Shown in pieces: positions 10,502 to 24,026 of a DNA stretch of 64,000 nucleotides. The notes under the pieces are model-generated. The model searched no databases. It was not told the origin of the DNA and was given only the letters and a program-made list of their open reading frames with translations. Origin of the DNA: Dehalococcoidia bacterium (GTDB lineage Bacteria > Chloroflexota > Dehalococcoidia > UBA2979); NCBI GenBank assembly GCA_965219085.1, contig OZ244720.1:1504001-1568000 (forward strand), in the 5' to 3' direction. The position numbers were made by a program, and so were the translations under genes. How positions within the stretch are numbered: the first letter of the stretch is position 1; each line of letters opens with the position of its first letter.

Positions 10502-11568
10502 GTGGGACGGGGACCCGCTTCATCCTCGAACGCTACGCCGACTTGCTGCCGGTCACCGATCGCACACCGCGCATCACCCTCGGCGAGGGCGGGACGCCGC
10601 TGGTGCGCTCGCGCAAGCTGGAGCGCGAACTCGGTCTCGAGGCGCTCTACTTCAAGCTCGAGCTCGCCAATCCCACGGGCTCCTTCAAGGACCGCGGGAT
10701 GGTGCTCGCCGCCGCGAAGGCCGCCGAGGACGGCGCCGAGGCGGTGATCTGCGCCTCCACCGGCAACACGTCGGCTTCGATGGCGGCGTACGCGGCGCGC
10801 TACGGGATGCGCGCCTATGTGATCGTCCCGGCGAACCGCGTCGCCATGGGCAAGCTCGCGCAAGCCGTCGCCCACGGCGCCGAGATAGTCACGGTCGATG
10901 GCTCGTTCGACGACGCGCTGCGCGTTGCACGCGCCCTCGCCGACGCCTATCCGGTGGTGCTCCTGAACTCCGTGAACCCGAACCGCATCCAGGGCCAGAA
11001 GACGGCCGCGTTCGAGATCGTCGACGAGCTCGGGGCAGCGCCCGACGTGCTCGCGATCCCCGTCGGCAACGCGGGCAACATCACGGCGTACTGGATGGGC
11101 TTCGTCGAGTACCACCGCCGCGAGCGCGCGGCGACGCGGCCGCGTATGTGGGGCTTCCAGGCGGCAGGCGCCGCGCCGCTGGTCCTCGGCGGACCGGTGG
11201 CGGAGCCCGAGACGGTGGCGACCGCGATCCGCATCGGCAACCCCGCGTCCTGGCAGGGCGCGATCACCGCGCGCGACGAGTCCGGCGGTTCGATCAGCGC
11301 GGTCAGCGACGCTGAAATCCTCGAGGCGTACGAGCGCCTCGCTGCCGACGAGGGTGTGTTCTGCGAGCCCGCGTCGGCGGCTTCGGTCGCCGGGCTGTTC
11401 GCCATGGCGCGGGCGGGAGAGTCGCTTGAGGGGCTGACGGCGGTGTGCGTGATCACGGGGTCGGGGCTGAAGGATCCGGAGACCGCGCTCGGCATCGACG
11501 CGGTGACGCACGAGACACCGGCCGAGGCCGAGGCGGTGGCGTCCGCGCTGGGCTGGCGTGCGCCATAG
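10498..11568 (+). CDS. thrC: Threonine synthase
   Basis: NPTGSFKDRGM, CASTGNTSAS, PVGNAGNI, TGSGLKD. Confidence 0.95.
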   Translation: MSGTGTRFILERYADLLPVTDRTPRITLGEGGTPLVRSRKLERELGLEALYFKLELANPTGSFKDRGMVLAAAKAAEDGAEAVICASTGNTSASMAAYAARYGMRAYVIVPANRVAMGKLAQAVAHGAEIVTVDGSFDDALRVARALADAYPVVLLNSVNPNRIQGQKTAAFEIVDELGAAPDVLAIPVGNAGNITAYWMGFVEYHRRERAATRPRMWGFQAAGAAPLVLGGPVAEPETVATAIRIGNPASWQGAITARDESGGSISAVSDAEILEAYERLAADEGVFCEPASAASVAGLFAMARAGESLEGLTAVCVITGSGLKDPETALGIDAVTHETPAEAEAVASALGWRAP

Positions 11569-11581
11569 GCGACGGCGCCGT

Positions 11582-11598
11582 GTACCCCCACGGGGTAC
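11582..11598. promoter_or_regulatory. CsoR-family operator upstream of folE
   Basis: GTACCCC-CAC-GGGGTAC palindrome, same core and spacing as 49339-49355; extended -10 TGCTACGAT just downstream. Confidence 0.65.
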
Positions 11599-11700
11599 GG
11601 GGTCGTGCTACGATCGCTTGTGGCGCCCGATGTGGGCGCATTCCTGCGCGAGTCGGCTGTCGCGTCCGCAGATGGCGCGCGTCGCTGGAAGGGACTTCGT

Positions 11701-12300
11701 GTGACGGCGATCCACCCGTCCCCGTTGACCAGCGGGCGGTTTGATGTCGACGCGGCCGAGGATGCGGTCCGCAGGCTGATCAAGGCGATCGGCGAGGACC
11801 CCGACCGCGAGGGCCTGCGCGAGTCGCCACGGCGCATCGCGGCGATGTACCGCGAGGTCTTCGATGGCCTCGAGCAGGATCCCGCCGCGACTCTGTCGGT
11901 CGGGTTCGAGGAGGGTCACGATGAACTCGTGATCCTGCGCGAGATTCCGTTCCACTCCATGTGCGAGCATCACTTCATGCCGTTCCACGGGCAGGCACAC
12001 GTCGGCTACCTGCCGGACGGGCGGATCGTGGGACTCTCCAAGATCGCGCGCGCCGTCGAGATCTTCGCACGGCGCCCGCAAGTGCAGGAGCGGCTCACGA
12101 ACCAGATCGCGGAATGCATCGAGGAGGTGCTGGACGCGCGCGGCGTGGGCGTGGTCATCGAGGCCGAGCACCTGTGCATGACGGCACGCGGCGTCCGCAA
12201 GCCAGGCGCGAAGATGGTCACATCGTCGATGCGCGGCGCGTTCCGCACCGACGCCAACACCAGGCACGAGTTCCTGGAACTGATCCGTCCGCCGCGCTAG
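11701..12300 (+). CDS. folE: GTP cyclohydrolase I
   Basis: [36 protein letters not shown]; start approximate. Confidence 0.95.
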   Translation: MTAIHPSPLTSGRFDVDAAEDAVRRLIKAIGEDPDREGLRESPRRIAAMYREVFDGLEQDPAATLSVGFEEGHDELVILREIPFHSMCEHHFMPFHGQAHVGYLPDGRIVGLSKIARAVEIFARRPQVQERLTNQIAECIEEVLDARGVGVVIEAEHLCMTARGVRKPGAKMVTSSMRGAFRTDANTRHEFLELIRPPR

Positions 12301-12348
12301 ACGCGGCAACCCAGGGTGGGGGACCACGTTGCGGATGATGCTGTCCCG

Positions 12349-13638
12349 ATGACACTCGCGAACGGCATGCACGCGGCAGTCGCGGCGACGGCCCCCGTTC
12401 GCCGCGTCGCGATGATCTCGATGCACACCTCGCCGCTCGCGCCGCTCGGCGGCCGCGAGACCGGCGGGATGAACGTCTACGTGCGCGCCGTCTCGGCCGC
12501 ACTCGCCCGCGCCGGGCTCCGCGTCGACGTGTTCACACGCCGCACCGATCCCTTCTCACCCGAGGTGGAGACCGTCACAGGCGGCGTCCGCCTCATCCAC
12601 GTGCCGGCGGGCCCCGCCGAGCGCGTCGAGAAGGAAGAGATGGACGGCTTCGCCGACGAGTTCGCCTCGGGCGTCCTCGCCTTCGCCGCGAGCGAGGGCG
12701 CGCGATACGACGTCGTGCACTCGCACTACTGGCTGTCCGCCGCCGCGGGCCGGCGGCTCGCCCGAGCCTGGGACGCGCCGCACGTCGCCATGTTCCACAC
12801 GCTCGCCGACGTCAAGCTCGACGTCGGCTACTCCGAGTACGAGCCCGCCGCGCGCGTCGAGGCCGAGCGCACGCTCGTCCACGACGTGGACCGCGTGGTC
12901 GTGGCCACCGAGCACGAGATGCACTTGCTCGGCGAGCTCTACGGCGTCCCCGGCCGCAGGGTCGCCGTCATCCCGCCGGGCGTGGACCGCGAGCGCTTCC
13001 GCCCGCGCGACCGCGCCGCCGCCCGCTCCGAACTCGGCCTCACCGCCGGAGCGCGCATCCTGCTCGCCGCCGGGCGCATCGAGCGCCCGAAGGGCCTCGA
13101 CATGCTGATCGAGGCGTTGGGCGAGATGACGGCGCGTGACGGCGTGCAGTTGCTCATCATCGGCGGCGACGAGCGCTCGCGCGCCGAGGTGGCCCGCCTG
13201 ACCCGCGTTGCCGAGGGCGCCGGCGTGAGCGACCTCGTGCGCTTCGTCGGGTCGGTCACGCACGAGCAGATCGGCACGTACTACAACGCCGCCGACGTGG
13301 TCGTGATGCCGTCGCGCTACGAGTCATTCGGGCTTGTCGCCGCGGAAGCGATGGCGTCCGGCGTGCCGGTCGTCGCCTCGCGCGTGGGCGGGCTCGCCTC
13401 GACGGTCGCGGACGGACGCACGGGGTACCTGATCCCGTGGCGCGACCCGGACCTGTTCGCCGAGAAGCTCGACCTGCTGCTCGACGACGAGGCGCTCCGC
13501 GAGCGACTCGGCGCGAGCGCGGCCGAGGCGATGCGCGTCTACGACTGGCGCTCCGTCGCCGCGCAGCTCGTCGACCTCTACACGCACCTGGTGCGCGACG
13601 CCGTTGCCGTCGCCGCACCGGCCGGCAGCGCCCCGTGA
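12349..13638 (+). CDS. MshA-like GT4 glycosyltransferase
   Basis: SMHTSPL..LGGRETGGMNVYV, HSHYWLS, PSRYESFGLVAAEAMASG. Confidence 0.85.
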   Translation: MTLANGMHAAVAATAPVRRVAMISMHTSPLAPLGGRETGGMNVYVRAVSAALARAGLRVDVFTRRTDPFSPEVETVTGGVRLIHVPAGPAERVEKEEMDGFADEFASGVLAFAASEGARYDVVHSHYWLSAAAGRRLARAWDAPHVAMFHTLADVKLDVGYSEYEPAARVEAERTLVHDVDRVVVATEHEMHLLGELYGVPGRRVAVIPPGVDRERFRPRDRAAARSELGLTAGARILLAAGRIERPKGLDMLIEALGEMTARDGVQLLIIGGDERSRAEVARLTRVAEGAGVSDLVRFVGSVTHEQIGTYYNAADVVVMPSRYESFGLVAAEAMASGVPVVASRVGGLASTVADGRTGYLIPWRDPDLFAEKLDLLLDDEALRERLGASAAEAMRVYDWRSVAAQLVDLYTHLVRDAVAVAAPAGSAP

Positions 13639-13657
13639 ACCGGGCGAGGCTGTCCGC

Positions 13658-14458
13658 ATGACCCCGGCCGCCGACATCGTGGCCGTTGAGGCGCTCACCG
13701 CGAACATAGAGGAGCGGCGGGCGATGGTGCTGACCGCGCACCCCGACGACAGCGAGTTCATGTGTGGCGGCGCCGTCGCGCTGCTCATCGCCGCGGGCTG
13801 GGCCGTCGACATGCTCATCGCGACCAACGGCAACAAGGGCACGAAGGACCCGCGCCGCACCGCGCAGATGCTCGCCGCCGAGCGCGAGGAGGAGCAGCGC
13901 GAGGCCGCGCGCATCCTGGGCGCGAACGAGCCGATCTTCCTGGGCTTCGGCGACGGCGAGCTGCAGGCCGACGACGAGCTGCGCGGGCTGGTGGTGCGCC
14001 AGCTGCGGCGGCTGCGGCCGATGCTCGTGATCACGTGGGACGGCTTCCGTCCGGGGTTCAATCACCGCGACCACCGCCGCATCGGCCGCGTGACCTACGA
14101 CGCGATCTGGCCCGACACCGATGACCGGCTCTTCTTCCCCGAGCAGATCGAGGACGAGGGGCTGGAGCCGCACCGCCCGCAGATGATGCTGCTGGGCGGC
14201 GCGACCGAGCCCGACGTGTACCTCGACATCGAGCCGGTGCTGGAAACGAAGGTGCGGGCGGTCTCGGCGCACGTCTCGCAGGTGGGCCGCTCGGCTGAGC
14301 AGCTCCTGCAGTTCTGGCGGGAGCGCGCGGAGACCGAGGCGCGGCAGCGTGGCGAGGACGACTCGGGGTTGCCGCGCTACCGCGAGGCGTTCCGGCGTAT
14401 CGAGTGGCCGCGGCAGCCGCGTCGGCGGCCCCGGCTGCGGACACGCGGCGCGCGTTGA
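13658..14458 (+). CDS. PIG-L family deacetylase (MshB/Mca/BshB-like)
   Basis: AHPDDSE, TNGNKG, R..EQ..AA.ILG, HRDH. Confidence 0.88.
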   Translation: MTPAADIVAVEALTANIEERRAMVLTAHPDDSEFMCGGAVALLIAAGWAVDMLIATNGNKGTKDPRRTAQMLAAEREEEQREAARILGANEPIFLGFGDGELQADDELRGLVVRQLRRLRPMLVITWDGFRPGFNHRDHRRIGRVTYDAIWPDTDDRLFFPEQIEDEGLEPHRPQMMLLGGATEPDVYLDIEPVLETKVRAVSAHVSQVGRSAEQLLQFWRERAETEARQRGEDDSGLPRYREAFRRIEWPRQPRRRPRLRTRGAR

Positions 14459-14483
14459 CACTGCCCTAGCTGAAACGTAGCAT
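14455..14483 (+). promoter_or_regulatory. Sigma70 promoter of the ribosomal superoperon
   Basis: TTGACA-N17-TAGCAT. Confidence 0.8.
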
Positions 14484-14694
14484 TCCTTGTTGCGCGTTCG
14501 GCGGCGCATACCCTGCGTACGGTCGGTTGGCCGATGCGGGTGAGGACCAGCGGCGGAGCACCGATGGTGCGGGCGCCGCAAGGCTCACACCGCTGCCTGC
14601 TGGCCGTTTCTTGTGCCTCGGAACAGCAGCCGGGACGTGTGGATAAACAGGGCTCGTTCACGAGCCCCATCGAACATCGGATGAGGAAGCCACG

Positions 14695-15108
14695 TTGCCG
14701 ACCATCAATCAGCTGGTTCGCAAGGGCCGTAAGCAGGTCTCCAGGAAGACCAAGGCGCCCGCGCTGCGCTTCAGCTACAACTCGCTCACCAACCGCATGA
14801 CGCGCGGCAAGAAGGGCTCGCCCCAGAAGCGCGGCGTCTGCACCCAGGTGCGCACCGTCACCCCGAAGAAGCCGAACTCCGCACTGCGCAAGGTCTGCCG
14901 CGTACGGCTCACCAACGGTATCGAGGTCACCGCCTACATCCCGGGCGAAGGCCACACGCTGCAGGAGCACTCGGTGGTGCTTGTGCGCGGCGGCCGCGTC
15001 AAGGACCTGCCCGGCGTGCGCTACCACGTGGTGCGCGGCGCGCTCGACGCTACCGGTGTCGAGGGCCGGCGCCGCGGGCGCAGCAAGTACGGGACCCGCA
15101 AGGAGTAG
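14695..15108 (+). CDS. rpsL: 30S ribosomal protein S12
   Basis: [31 protein letters not shown]. Confidence 0.98.
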   Translation: MPTINQLVRKGRKQVSRKTKAPALRFSYNSLTNRMTRGKKGSPQKRGVCTQVRTVTPKKPNSALRKVCRVRLTNGIEVTAYIPGEGHTLQEHSVVLVRGGRVKDLPGVRYHVVRGALDATGVEGRRRGRSKYGTRKE

Positions 15109-15111
15109 CCG

Positions 15112-15579
15112 GTGCGTCGTAACCGAGCCGAACGCCGCCCCGTCGATCCCGACCCGCGATTCCAGTCGCGGCTCGTCACCGCGTTCACCAACAAGGTGCT
15201 GATGAACGGCAAGAAGAGCGTGGCCGAGCGCATCGTCTACAGCGCCCTCGACCGCGTCGAGGGAACGTCGGGCCGGCCCGGCATCGATGTGTTCGAGCAG
15301 GCCGTGCGCAACGTCACCCCGGTGATCGAGGTCAAGCCGCGCCGCGTAGGTGGCGCGACGTACCAGGTACCGGTGGACATCCGTGCCGAGCGCCGTCAGG
15401 CGCTCGCTCTGCGCTGGCTGCTCAGCGCGGCGCGCGGCCGCAACGGCCGCTCCATGGAGGAGCGGCTGGCAGCGGAAGTGCTCGACGCCGCGAACAACAC
15501 GGGCGTCGCCGTACGACGCAAGGAGGAGACGCACCGGATGGCGGAGGCCAACCGTGCGTTCGTCCACTATCGCTGGTAA
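15112..15579 (+). CDS. rpsG: 30S ribosomal protein S7
   Basis: [21 protein letters not shown]. Confidence 0.98.
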   Translation: MRRNRAERRPVDPDPRFQSRLVTAFTNKVLMNGKKSVAERIVYSALDRVEGTSGRPGIDVFEQAVRNVTPVIEVKPRRVGGATYQVPVDIRAERRQALALRWLLSAARGRNGRSMEERLAAEVLDAANNTGVAVRRKEETHRMAEANRAFVHYRW

Positions 15580-15690
15580 GCGCCGGACTTCCGGCAAGCA
15601 CGCCCCCGGCCTGTGCCGGGGGCGAAATCATGCAGGAGAGCTGCGGACGGTCAGGCGGGACCGCCGCGTGTCGAGGGAGCAATCAGCGGC

Positions 15691-17784
<2,094 letters not shown>

Positions 17785-17825
17785 TCCGAAGACCCACGGG
17801 GTTCGAGGGCAGACGGGAGCGGGAC

Positions 17826-19025
17826 ATGGCGCGAGGGAAGTTCGAGCGGACGAAGCCGCACGCCAACGTCGGGACGATTGGTCACGTCGACCACGGCAAG
17901 ACGACGCTCACGGCGGCGATGACGAAGGTGCTGGCGCTGCGCGGCGAAGCCGAGTTCCGGGAGTTCGACTCGATCGACAACGCCCCGGAAGAGAAGGCGC
18001 GCGGGATCACGATCGCGATCGCCCACGTCGAGTACGAGACCGACGCCCGTCACTACGCACACGTCGACTGCCCCGGGCACGCCGACTACATCAAGAACAT
18101 GATCACCGGCGCCGCGCAGATGGACGGCGCGATCCTCGTCGTCGCGGCGCCCGACGGCCCGATGCCGCAGACGCGCGAGCACCTGCTGCTGGCGCGCCAG
18201 GTCGAGGTCCCGGCGGTCGTGGTCTTCCTCAACAAGGTCGACATGATGGACGACGAGGAGCTCTTGGAGCTCGTCGAGCTGGAGATGCAGGACCTGCTCA
18301 CCACCTACGAGTTCCCCGGCGACGACGTGCCGATCATCCGCGGCTCGGCGCTACAGGCGCTCGAGTCGACCTCGGAGGACCCCGGCGCGCCCGAGTACGA
18401 GTGCATCTGGCAGCTCATGGAGGCGGTCGACAACTACATCCCGCAGCCGGCGCGCCCGAAGGACGAGCCGTTCCTGATGCCGATCGAAGATGTGTTCGGC
18501 ATCAAGGGCCGCGGCACGGTCGTGACGGGGCGCATCGAGCGCGGCGTGGTGGCCGTGGGCGACTCGGTCGAGATCGTGGGCATCAAGGAGACCGAGACGA
18601 CGGTCGTGACCGGCGTCGAGATGTTCAAGAAGCTGCTCGACACCGGTGAGGCCGGCGACAACGTCGGGTGCCTGCTGCGCGGCGTGGACCGCGAGGACGT
18701 CGAGCGCGGTCAGGTGCTGGCGCAGCCGGGCTCGATTACCCCGCACCGCAAGTTCAGTGGCGAGGTGTACGTGCTCTCCAAGGAGGAGGGTGGGCGGCAC
18801 ACGCCGTTCTTCACCGGGTACCGGCCGCAGTTCTACGTGCGCACGACCGACGTGACGGGCGTGGTGACGTTGCCGAGCGGCACCGAGATGGTGATGCCCG
18901 GCGACAACGTGACGGTGGACATCGAGCTGATCACGCCGATTGCGATCGAGGATGGGCTGCGCTTCGCGATTCGCGAGGGCGGCCGCACCGTCGGCGCAGG
19001 CGTCGTGACCGGTATCAACGAGTAG
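17826..19025 (+). CDS. tuf: Elongation factor Tu
   Basis: [27 protein letters not shown]. Confidence 0.99.
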   Translation: MARGKFERTKPHANVGTIGHVDHGKTTLTAAMTKVLALRGEAEFREFDSIDNAPEEKARGITIAIAHVEYETDARHYAHVDCPGHADYIKNMITGAAQMDGAILVVAAPDGPMPQTREHLLLARQVEVPAVVVFLNKVDMMDDEELLELVELEMQDLLTTYEFPGDDVPIIRGSALQALESTSEDPGAPEYECIWQLMEAVDNYIPQPARPKDEPFLMPIEDVFGIKGRGTVVTGRIERGVVAVGDSVEIVGIKETETTVVTGVEMFKKLLDTGEAGDNVGCLLRGVDREDVERGQVLAQPGSITPHRKFSGEVYVLSKEEGGRHTPFFTGYRPQFYVRTTDVTGVVTLPSGTEMVMPGDNVTVDIELITPIAIEDGLRFAIREGGRTVGAGVVTGINE

Positions 19026-19060
19026 GCAACCGGCGGACGGAACCGCCCGAGGAGTCCTGA

Positions 19061-19375
19061 GTGGTAGCTGCGCGTCAACGGATACGGATTCGGCTCAAGG
19101 CCTACGATCACCGCGTGCTGGACCGCTCGGCGGCCCAGATCGTGGAGACGGCCGAGCGGACGGGCGCGCAGGTGGCGGGCCCGGTGCCGCTGCCCACGCG
19201 GATCCGCAAGTACACCGTGATCCGCTCGCCATTCATCGACAAGGACTCCCGCGACCAGTTCGAGATCCGCACGCACAAGCGGCTGATCGACATCTTCGAT
19301 CCGACCTCGCGGACGGTGGACACGCTGATGCGGCTGCAACTGCCGTCCGGCGTCGACATCGAGATCAAGCTGTAG
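19061..19375 (+). CDS. rpsJ: 30S ribosomal protein S10
   Basis: [19 protein letters not shown]. Confidence 0.98.
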   Translation: MVAARQRIRIRLKAYDHRVLDRSAAQIVETAERTGAQVAGPVPLPTRIRKYTVIRSPFIDKDSRDQFEIRTHKRLIDIFDPTSRTVDTLMRLQLPSGVDIEIKL

Positions 19376-19388
19376 GGCGGCGGTCGAG

Positions 19389-20225
19389 ATGATTCACGGG
19401 ATGCTGGGCCGCAAGGTGGGCATGATGCGCCTCTACGACGGCGCCGGCCGCGCGCGCGGCGTGACCGCCATCCAGCTCGGCCCGAACCGTGTCACGCAGC
19501 TCCGCACCGAGGAGCGCGACGGCTACACCGCCGTGCAGGTCGGCTTCCGGGGCAACCGCAAGCGGGTCAACCGCCCCTCGCGTGGCCACCTCCGCACCGC
19601 CGACCTCGAGGGCGAGACCCTCACGCTGCTGCGCGAGTTCCCCGCCGACAACCTCGACGACCACGCCCTCGGCGAGGTCATCACCGTCGGGCAGTTCGAG
19701 GCGGGCAGCTACGTCAACGTGAGCGCCACGTCCAAGGGCCGCGGATTCGCCGGCAGCGTGAAGCGCTGGGGATTCCACGGCGGCCCGAAGACGCACGGCC
19801 AGTCCGACCGCCACCGCGCGCCGGGCTCCGTCGGCGCGGGCACCACGCCGGGCAAGGTCTTCAAGGGCCAGAAGATGGCCGGCCACATGGGCGCCCGCAC
19901 GGTCTCCGTGCTGAACCTGCTCGTGGTCGCCACCGACCCCTCGCGCGACCTGCTGTTCGTCGAGGGCTCCGTGCCGGGGCCACCGAACGGCCTGGTGCAG
20001 GTCACGCCCGGCCGCAAGGCCGCACTCCCCGACTACGAGCCGCCCGAGATCGTAGCGGCGGACGAGGCGACCGAGATCGCAGCGGCGGACGAGGCGGTCG
20101 AGATCGCACCGGCGGACGAGGCGGTCGAGGTCCCGGCCGACGAACCGGCCCCCGAGGCCGCCGAACCTGCAGCCGTCGAGGCCGAGGACGGCGACACCGA
20201 GACAGCGGAAGAGCAGGACGAGTAG
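19389..20225 (+). CDS. rplC: 50S ribosomal protein L3 with acidic tail
   Basis: [24 protein letters not shown]. Confidence 0.97.
   Translation: MIHGMLGRKVGMMRLYDGAGRARGVTAIQLGPNRVTQLRTEERDGYTAVQVGFRGNRKRVNRPSRGHLRTADLEGETLTLLREFPADNLDDHALGEVITVGQFEAGSYVNVSATSKGRGFAGSVKRWGFHGGPKTHGQSDRHRAPGSVGAGTTPGKVFKGQKMAGHMGARTVSVLNLLVVATDPSRDLLFVEGSVPGPPNGLVQVTPGRKAALPDYEPPEIVAADEATEIAAADEAVEIAPADEAVEVPADEPAPEAAEPAAVEAEDGDTETAEEQDE
20046..20126 (+). repeat. 3 x 27-nt coding tandem repeat (EIxxADEAx) in L3 tail
   Basis: [27 protein letters not shown]. Confidence 0.8.
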
Positions 20226-20227
20226 CG

Positions 20228-20899
20228 ATGCAACTCGCGGTGCGCGACGCACAGGGCGCGGGCCTCGACCCGATCGAGGTCGATGACGCCGTCTTCGGCA
20301 TCGAGCCGAACGCGGCCGTGGTGCACCAGACGCTGGTGGCGCAGCTCGCCGCGCGCCGCGGCGGCAACGCCAGCACGAAGTCGCGCGGCGAGGTGCGGGG
20401 CTCGACGGTCAAGGTGCGACGCCAGAAGGGCCTCGGCATGGCGCGAGTCGGTTCGAATCGCTCGCCCATCCGCCGCGGCGGCGGCGTCGCCTTCGGCCCG
20501 AAGCCGCGCTCGTACGCGCAGCGCCTGCCGAAGCGCATGCGCCGGCTCGCGATCCGTTCCGTGCTCTCCAGCCGTGTCGCCGAGGGTCGTCTGCACGTGG
20601 TCGACAGCCTGGCGATCGAGGAGCCCTCGACGAAGGCGGCGACGGCGCTGCTGGCGCAGCTCGGTATCGAGCGTTCGGCGCTTGTGGTGACCGGCGAGCC
20701 GGACCGCGCGGCGGTGCTGTCGACGCGCAACATCCCCGGCGTGCGCGCGGTGCCCGCCGACGTGCTGAACGTGGCGGACATGCTCGCGCACCGTACCCTC
20801 GTGCTGACGGTCGACGCGGTGCGTCGCGCCGAGGCGCTGTGGGGCGGGGAGCGCGCGAGCGGCCGGGCGATCGGCGACTCGATGGCGGCGGAGGTCTAG
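20228..20899 (+). CDS. rplD: 50S ribosomal protein L4
   Basis: TKSRGEVRG, RQKGLG.AR.G, GGGVAFGPKPRSY. Confidence 0.97.
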   Translation: MQLAVRDAQGAGLDPIEVDDAVFGIEPNAAVVHQTLVAQLAARRGGNASTKSRGEVRGSTVKVRRQKGLGMARVGSNRSPIRRGGGVAFGPKPRSYAQRLPKRMRRLAIRSVLSSRVAEGRLHVVDSLAIEEPSTKAATALLAQLGIERSALVVTGEPDRAAVLSTRNIPGVRAVPADVLNVADMLAHRTLVLTVDAVRRAEALWGGERASGRAIGDSMAAEV

Positions 20900-20903
20900 C
20901 GCG

Positions 20904-21200
20904 ATGCCGAAGGCGATGCACCCGCTACAGGTGCTCAAGCGCCCCGTCGTCACCGAGAAGACGACGATGCTCGGCGGGCTCGGCCAGTACGTGTTCGAGG
21001 TCGACACCCGCGCGAACAAGCCACAGATCGCCGAGGCGGTCGAGACGGCGTTCGACGTCAACGTGGTCAAGGTGCGTACGATGATGGTGCGCGGCAAGAC
21101 GAAGCGGTTCGGGACGCGTATTTCGACGTCACCGGCATGGAAGAAGGCCGTCGTGACGCTGGCGCCCGGCGAACAGATCCAGTACTTCGAGGGGGTGTAG
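20904..21200 (+). CDS. rplW: 50S ribosomal protein L23
   Basis: PVVTEKT, ANKPQI, WKKAVVTL. Confidence 0.97.
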   Translation: MPKAMHPLQVLKRPVVTEKTTMLGGLGQYVFEVDTRANKPQIAEAVETAFDVNVVKVRTMMVRGKTKRFGTRISTSPAWKKAVVTLAPGEQIQYFEGV

Positions 21201-21203
21201 GCG

Positions 21204-22046
21204 ATGCCACTGCGGACCTACAAGCCAACCTCGCCCGGCCGTCGCAACGCGATGGGCCACACGTTCGATGAGATCACGAAGAAGCGCCCGGAGAAGCGCC
21301 TGCTGGCGACCAAGAAGCAGAACGCGGGCCGCAACCGTGACGGCCGCATCTCCGTGCGCCACCGCGGCGGTGGCCACAAGCGGCGCATCCGCATCATCGA
21401 CTTCAAGCGCGACAAGGACGGCGTGCCGGGCCGCGTCGCGGCGATCGAGTATGACCCCGGGCGCAGCGCCCGGATCGCGCTGATCTTCTACGCCGACGGC
21501 GACAAGCGGTACATCATCGCGCCGGACCGGCTGCGTGTGGACGACACGGTGGTCGCCGGCCCCGGCGCCCCGATCGCGCCGGGGAACTCGCTGCTGCTCC
21601 GCGACATGCCGCCGGGCACGATGGTGCACAACGTGGAGTTGCAGCCCGGACGTGGCGGGCAACTCGCGCGCTCGGCCGGGGCGGGCATCCAGGTGATGGC
21701 GCGCGACAGCGGCTATGTGCTGTTGCGCATGCCGTCGGGCGAGATGCGCCAGGTGCTGGAGAGCTGCCGGGCGACGGTCGGGACCGTCGGCAACCCGGAG
21801 CACGCGCTGATCAAGCTTGGCAAGGCGGGCCGCAACCGCCACCGCGGGCGACGTCCGCAGGTGCGCGGCTCGGCGATGAACCCGGTCGACCACCCGCACG
21901 GGGGCGGCGAAGGCAAGGCCCCGGTGGGCCTGCCCGGGCCGAAGACGCCGTGGGGCAAGCCCGCGCTGGGTTATCGGACGCGCCGCAACAAGCGCACGGA
22001 CCGGTACATCGTGCGCCGGCGCACGCGCGGCGGGCGGAGGCGCTAG
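21204..22046 (+). CDS. rplB: 50S ribosomal protein L2
   Basis: [23 protein letters not shown]. Confidence 0.98.
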   Translation: MPLRTYKPTSPGRRNAMGHTFDEITKKRPEKRLLATKKQNAGRNRDGRISVRHRGGGHKRRIRIIDFKRDKDGVPGRVAAIEYDPGRSARIALIFYADGDKRYIIAPDRLRVDDTVVAGPGAPIAPGNSLLLRDMPPGTMVHNVELQPGRGGQLARSAGAGIQVMARDSGYVLLRMPSGEMRQVLESCRATVGTVGNPEHALIKLGKAGRNRHRGRRPQVRGSAMNPVDHPHGGGEGKAPVGLPGPKTPWGKPALGYRTRRNKRTDRYIVRRRTRGGRRR

Positions 22047-22048
22047 CG

Positions 22049-22333
22049 ATGTCTCGATCGACGAAGAAGGGGCCGTACGTCCACCCGAGCCTGATGAAGC
22101 AGGTAGAGGCGGCGCAGCGCTCCCAGAACAAGCAGGTGATCCGCACCTGGTCGCGGGCCTCCATGGTGATGCCGGAGATGGTCGGCATGACCATCGCGGT
22201 ACACGACGGGCGTCGCCACGTGCCGGTGTTCTGCACCGAGAACATGGTGGGGCACAAGCTGGGCGAGTTCGCCTTCACGCGCACGTTCCGCGGCCACCGC
22301 GGCCGCAGCGAGTCGAGTTCGAGGGTTCGGTGA
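22049..22333 (+). CDS. rpsS: 30S ribosomal protein S19
   Basis: [18 protein letters not shown]. Confidence 0.97.
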   Translation: MSRSTKKGPYVHPSLMKQVEAAQRSQNKQVIRTWSRASMVMPEMVGMTIAVHDGRRHVPVFCTENMVGHKLGEFAFTRTFRGHRGRSESSSRVR

Positions 22334-22674
22334 TGGAAGTGCGCGCCGTCGCTCGTCATCAGCGCGTGTCGGCCCGCAAGGTGCGGCTGGTGCTGGACGT
22401 CATCAAGGGCATGCCGGCGGACCAGGCGTTGACGACGCTGCAGTTCATGCCGCAGCCCTCGGCGCGCATCGTGTGGAAGACGCTCCGTTCGGCCATGGCC
22501 AACGCGGAGAACAACTTCAACCTCAATCCGGACGGGCTGGTGGTGAAGAGTGCGATAGCGGGCGACGCGCGCACGTTGCGGCGCTTCAAGGCGCGCTCGC
22601 GCGGCCGCGCGGCGCCACGGCTCAAGCGTTACAGCCACATCGAGATTGTCGTCGACGGCGAGGGGGCGTTCTGA
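22333..22674 (+). CDS. rplV: 50S ribosomal protein L22
   Basis: SARKVRLV, SAMANAENN, RSRGRA. Confidence 0.97.
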   Translation: MEVRAVARHQRVSARKVRLVLDVIKGMPADQALTTLQFMPQPSARIVWKTLRSAMANAENNFNLNPDGLVVKSAIAGDARTLRRFKARSRGRAAPRLKRYSHIEIVVDGEGAF

Positions 22675-23342
22675 TGGGTCGCAAGGTTCACCCCTACGGC
22701 TTCCGCATGGGGATCACCAAGGACTGGCAGGCGAAGTGGTTCAGTGAACGCGGCTACGCGGACCTGGTCCACGAGGACTTGCGCATGCGCAAGGTGGTGC
22801 TGGACCGCCTGCCGGACGCGGGCATCTCCGAGATCATCATCGACCGCAACGCGAACCAGCTCACGCTGACGGTGAAGACCGCGAAGCCCGGCATCGTGAT
22901 CGGCCGCGGCGGCGCGAACGTCGAGCAGCTCCGCAACGCGCTCGAGATGGCGACCGACCGGCGCGTGCGGCTCAACATCGAGGAGATCCGCGTGCCGGAG
23001 ACAGACGCGTACCTCGTCGCGCGGTCCGTGGCGGACCAGCTGGAGCGGCGTGTGGCGTTCCGGCGCGCGATGAAGCAGTCGGTGCAGCGCACGATGCAGC
23101 GCGGCGCCGAGGGCTGCAAGATCAAGATCGGCGGTCGGCTCGGCGGCGCGGAGATGTCGCGCTCCGAGTACGAGCTGCAGGGGCGCGTGCCGCTGCACAC
23201 GCTGCGCGCGGACATCGACTACGGTCAGGCGGAGGCGCGCACCACGTTCGGCATCGTGGGCGTGAAGTGCTGGATCTACAAGGGCGACATCGCCCCCGAG
23301 CAGTCGCCGTTCGCCATCGCCGGCACCGAGGAAGCGGAGTAG
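22674..23342 (+). CDS. rpsC: 30S ribosomal protein S3
   Basis: [31 protein letters not shown]. Confidence 0.98.
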   Translation: MGRKVHPYGFRMGITKDWQAKWFSERGYADLVHEDLRMRKVVLDRLPDAGISEIIIDRNANQLTLTVKTAKPGIVIGRGGANVEQLRNALEMATDRRVRLNIEEIRVPETDAYLVARSVADQLERRVAFRRAMKQSVQRTMQRGAEGCKIKIGGRLGGAEMSRSEYELQGRVPLHTLRADIDYGQAEARTTFGIVGVKCWIYKGDIAPEQSPFAIAGTEEAE

Positions 23343-23346
23343 CGCG

Positions 23347-23760
23347 ATGTTGATGCCGCGTCGCGTCCGCTACCGCAAGCAGCACCGTGGCAAGCGCCGC
23401 GGGATGGCGCACTCGGGCAACTACGTCGCCTTCGGCGAGTGGGGCCTGCAGGCGCAGACCACGGGCTGGGTGGACGCGCGCCAGATCGAGGCAGCGCGAC
23501 GCGCCATCACCGGGTCGCTGCGGCGCGGCGGCAAGGTGTGGATCCGCGTGTTCCCGGACAAGCCCGTTACCAAGAAGCCCGTCGAGACGCGCATGGGCAA
23601 GGGCAAGGGCAACCCGGACCACTGGGTCGCCGTGGTGAAGCGTGGCCGTGTGATCTTCGAGGTCGCGGGAGTGCCCGAGGATGCGGTGCGGGAAGCGTTC
23701 CGGCGCGCGCACCACAAGCTCTCCGTCGACACCAAGATCATCGCGCGCGAGGAGGCGTAA
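23347..23760 (+). CDS. rplP: 50S ribosomal protein L16
   Basis: [16 protein letters not shown]. Confidence 0.98.
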   Translation: MLMPRRVRYRKQHRGKRRGMAHSGNYVAFGEWGLQAQTTGWVDARQIEAARRAITGSLRRGGKVWIRVFPDKPVTKKPVETRMGKGKGNPDHWVAVVKRGRVIFEVAGVPEDAVREAFRRAHHKLSVDTKIIAREEA

Positions 23761-24023
23761 TGCCAGCGGCAGACGTCCAGGACCTCCGCGCCATGTCAGA
23801 CGCCGACCTCCGCAACGAGCTGGAGGAGACGCAACGCGCGCTGTTCAACCTGCGGTTCCAGGCGTCGACGCGCCAGCTCGCGGACGTCTCGCAGATCCGC
23901 GGCGCCCGTCGCCGCGTGGCCCGCATCAAGACGTTGCTGCACCAGCGTGAGCTCCTGGCCGAGTACGGCGAGCTGGTCGAAGCAGCCGCCGCGTCCGGCG
24001 ACGACGCGGACCAGGAGGAGTAA
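23760..24023 (+). CDS. rpmC: 50S ribosomal protein L29
   Basis: LFNLRFQ, RRRVARIKTLL. Confidence 0.95.
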   Translation: MPAADVQDLRAMSDADLRNELEETQRALFNLRFQASTRQLADVSQIRGARRRVARIKTLLHQRELLAEYGELVEAAAASGDDADQEE

Positions 24024-24026
24024 GCC

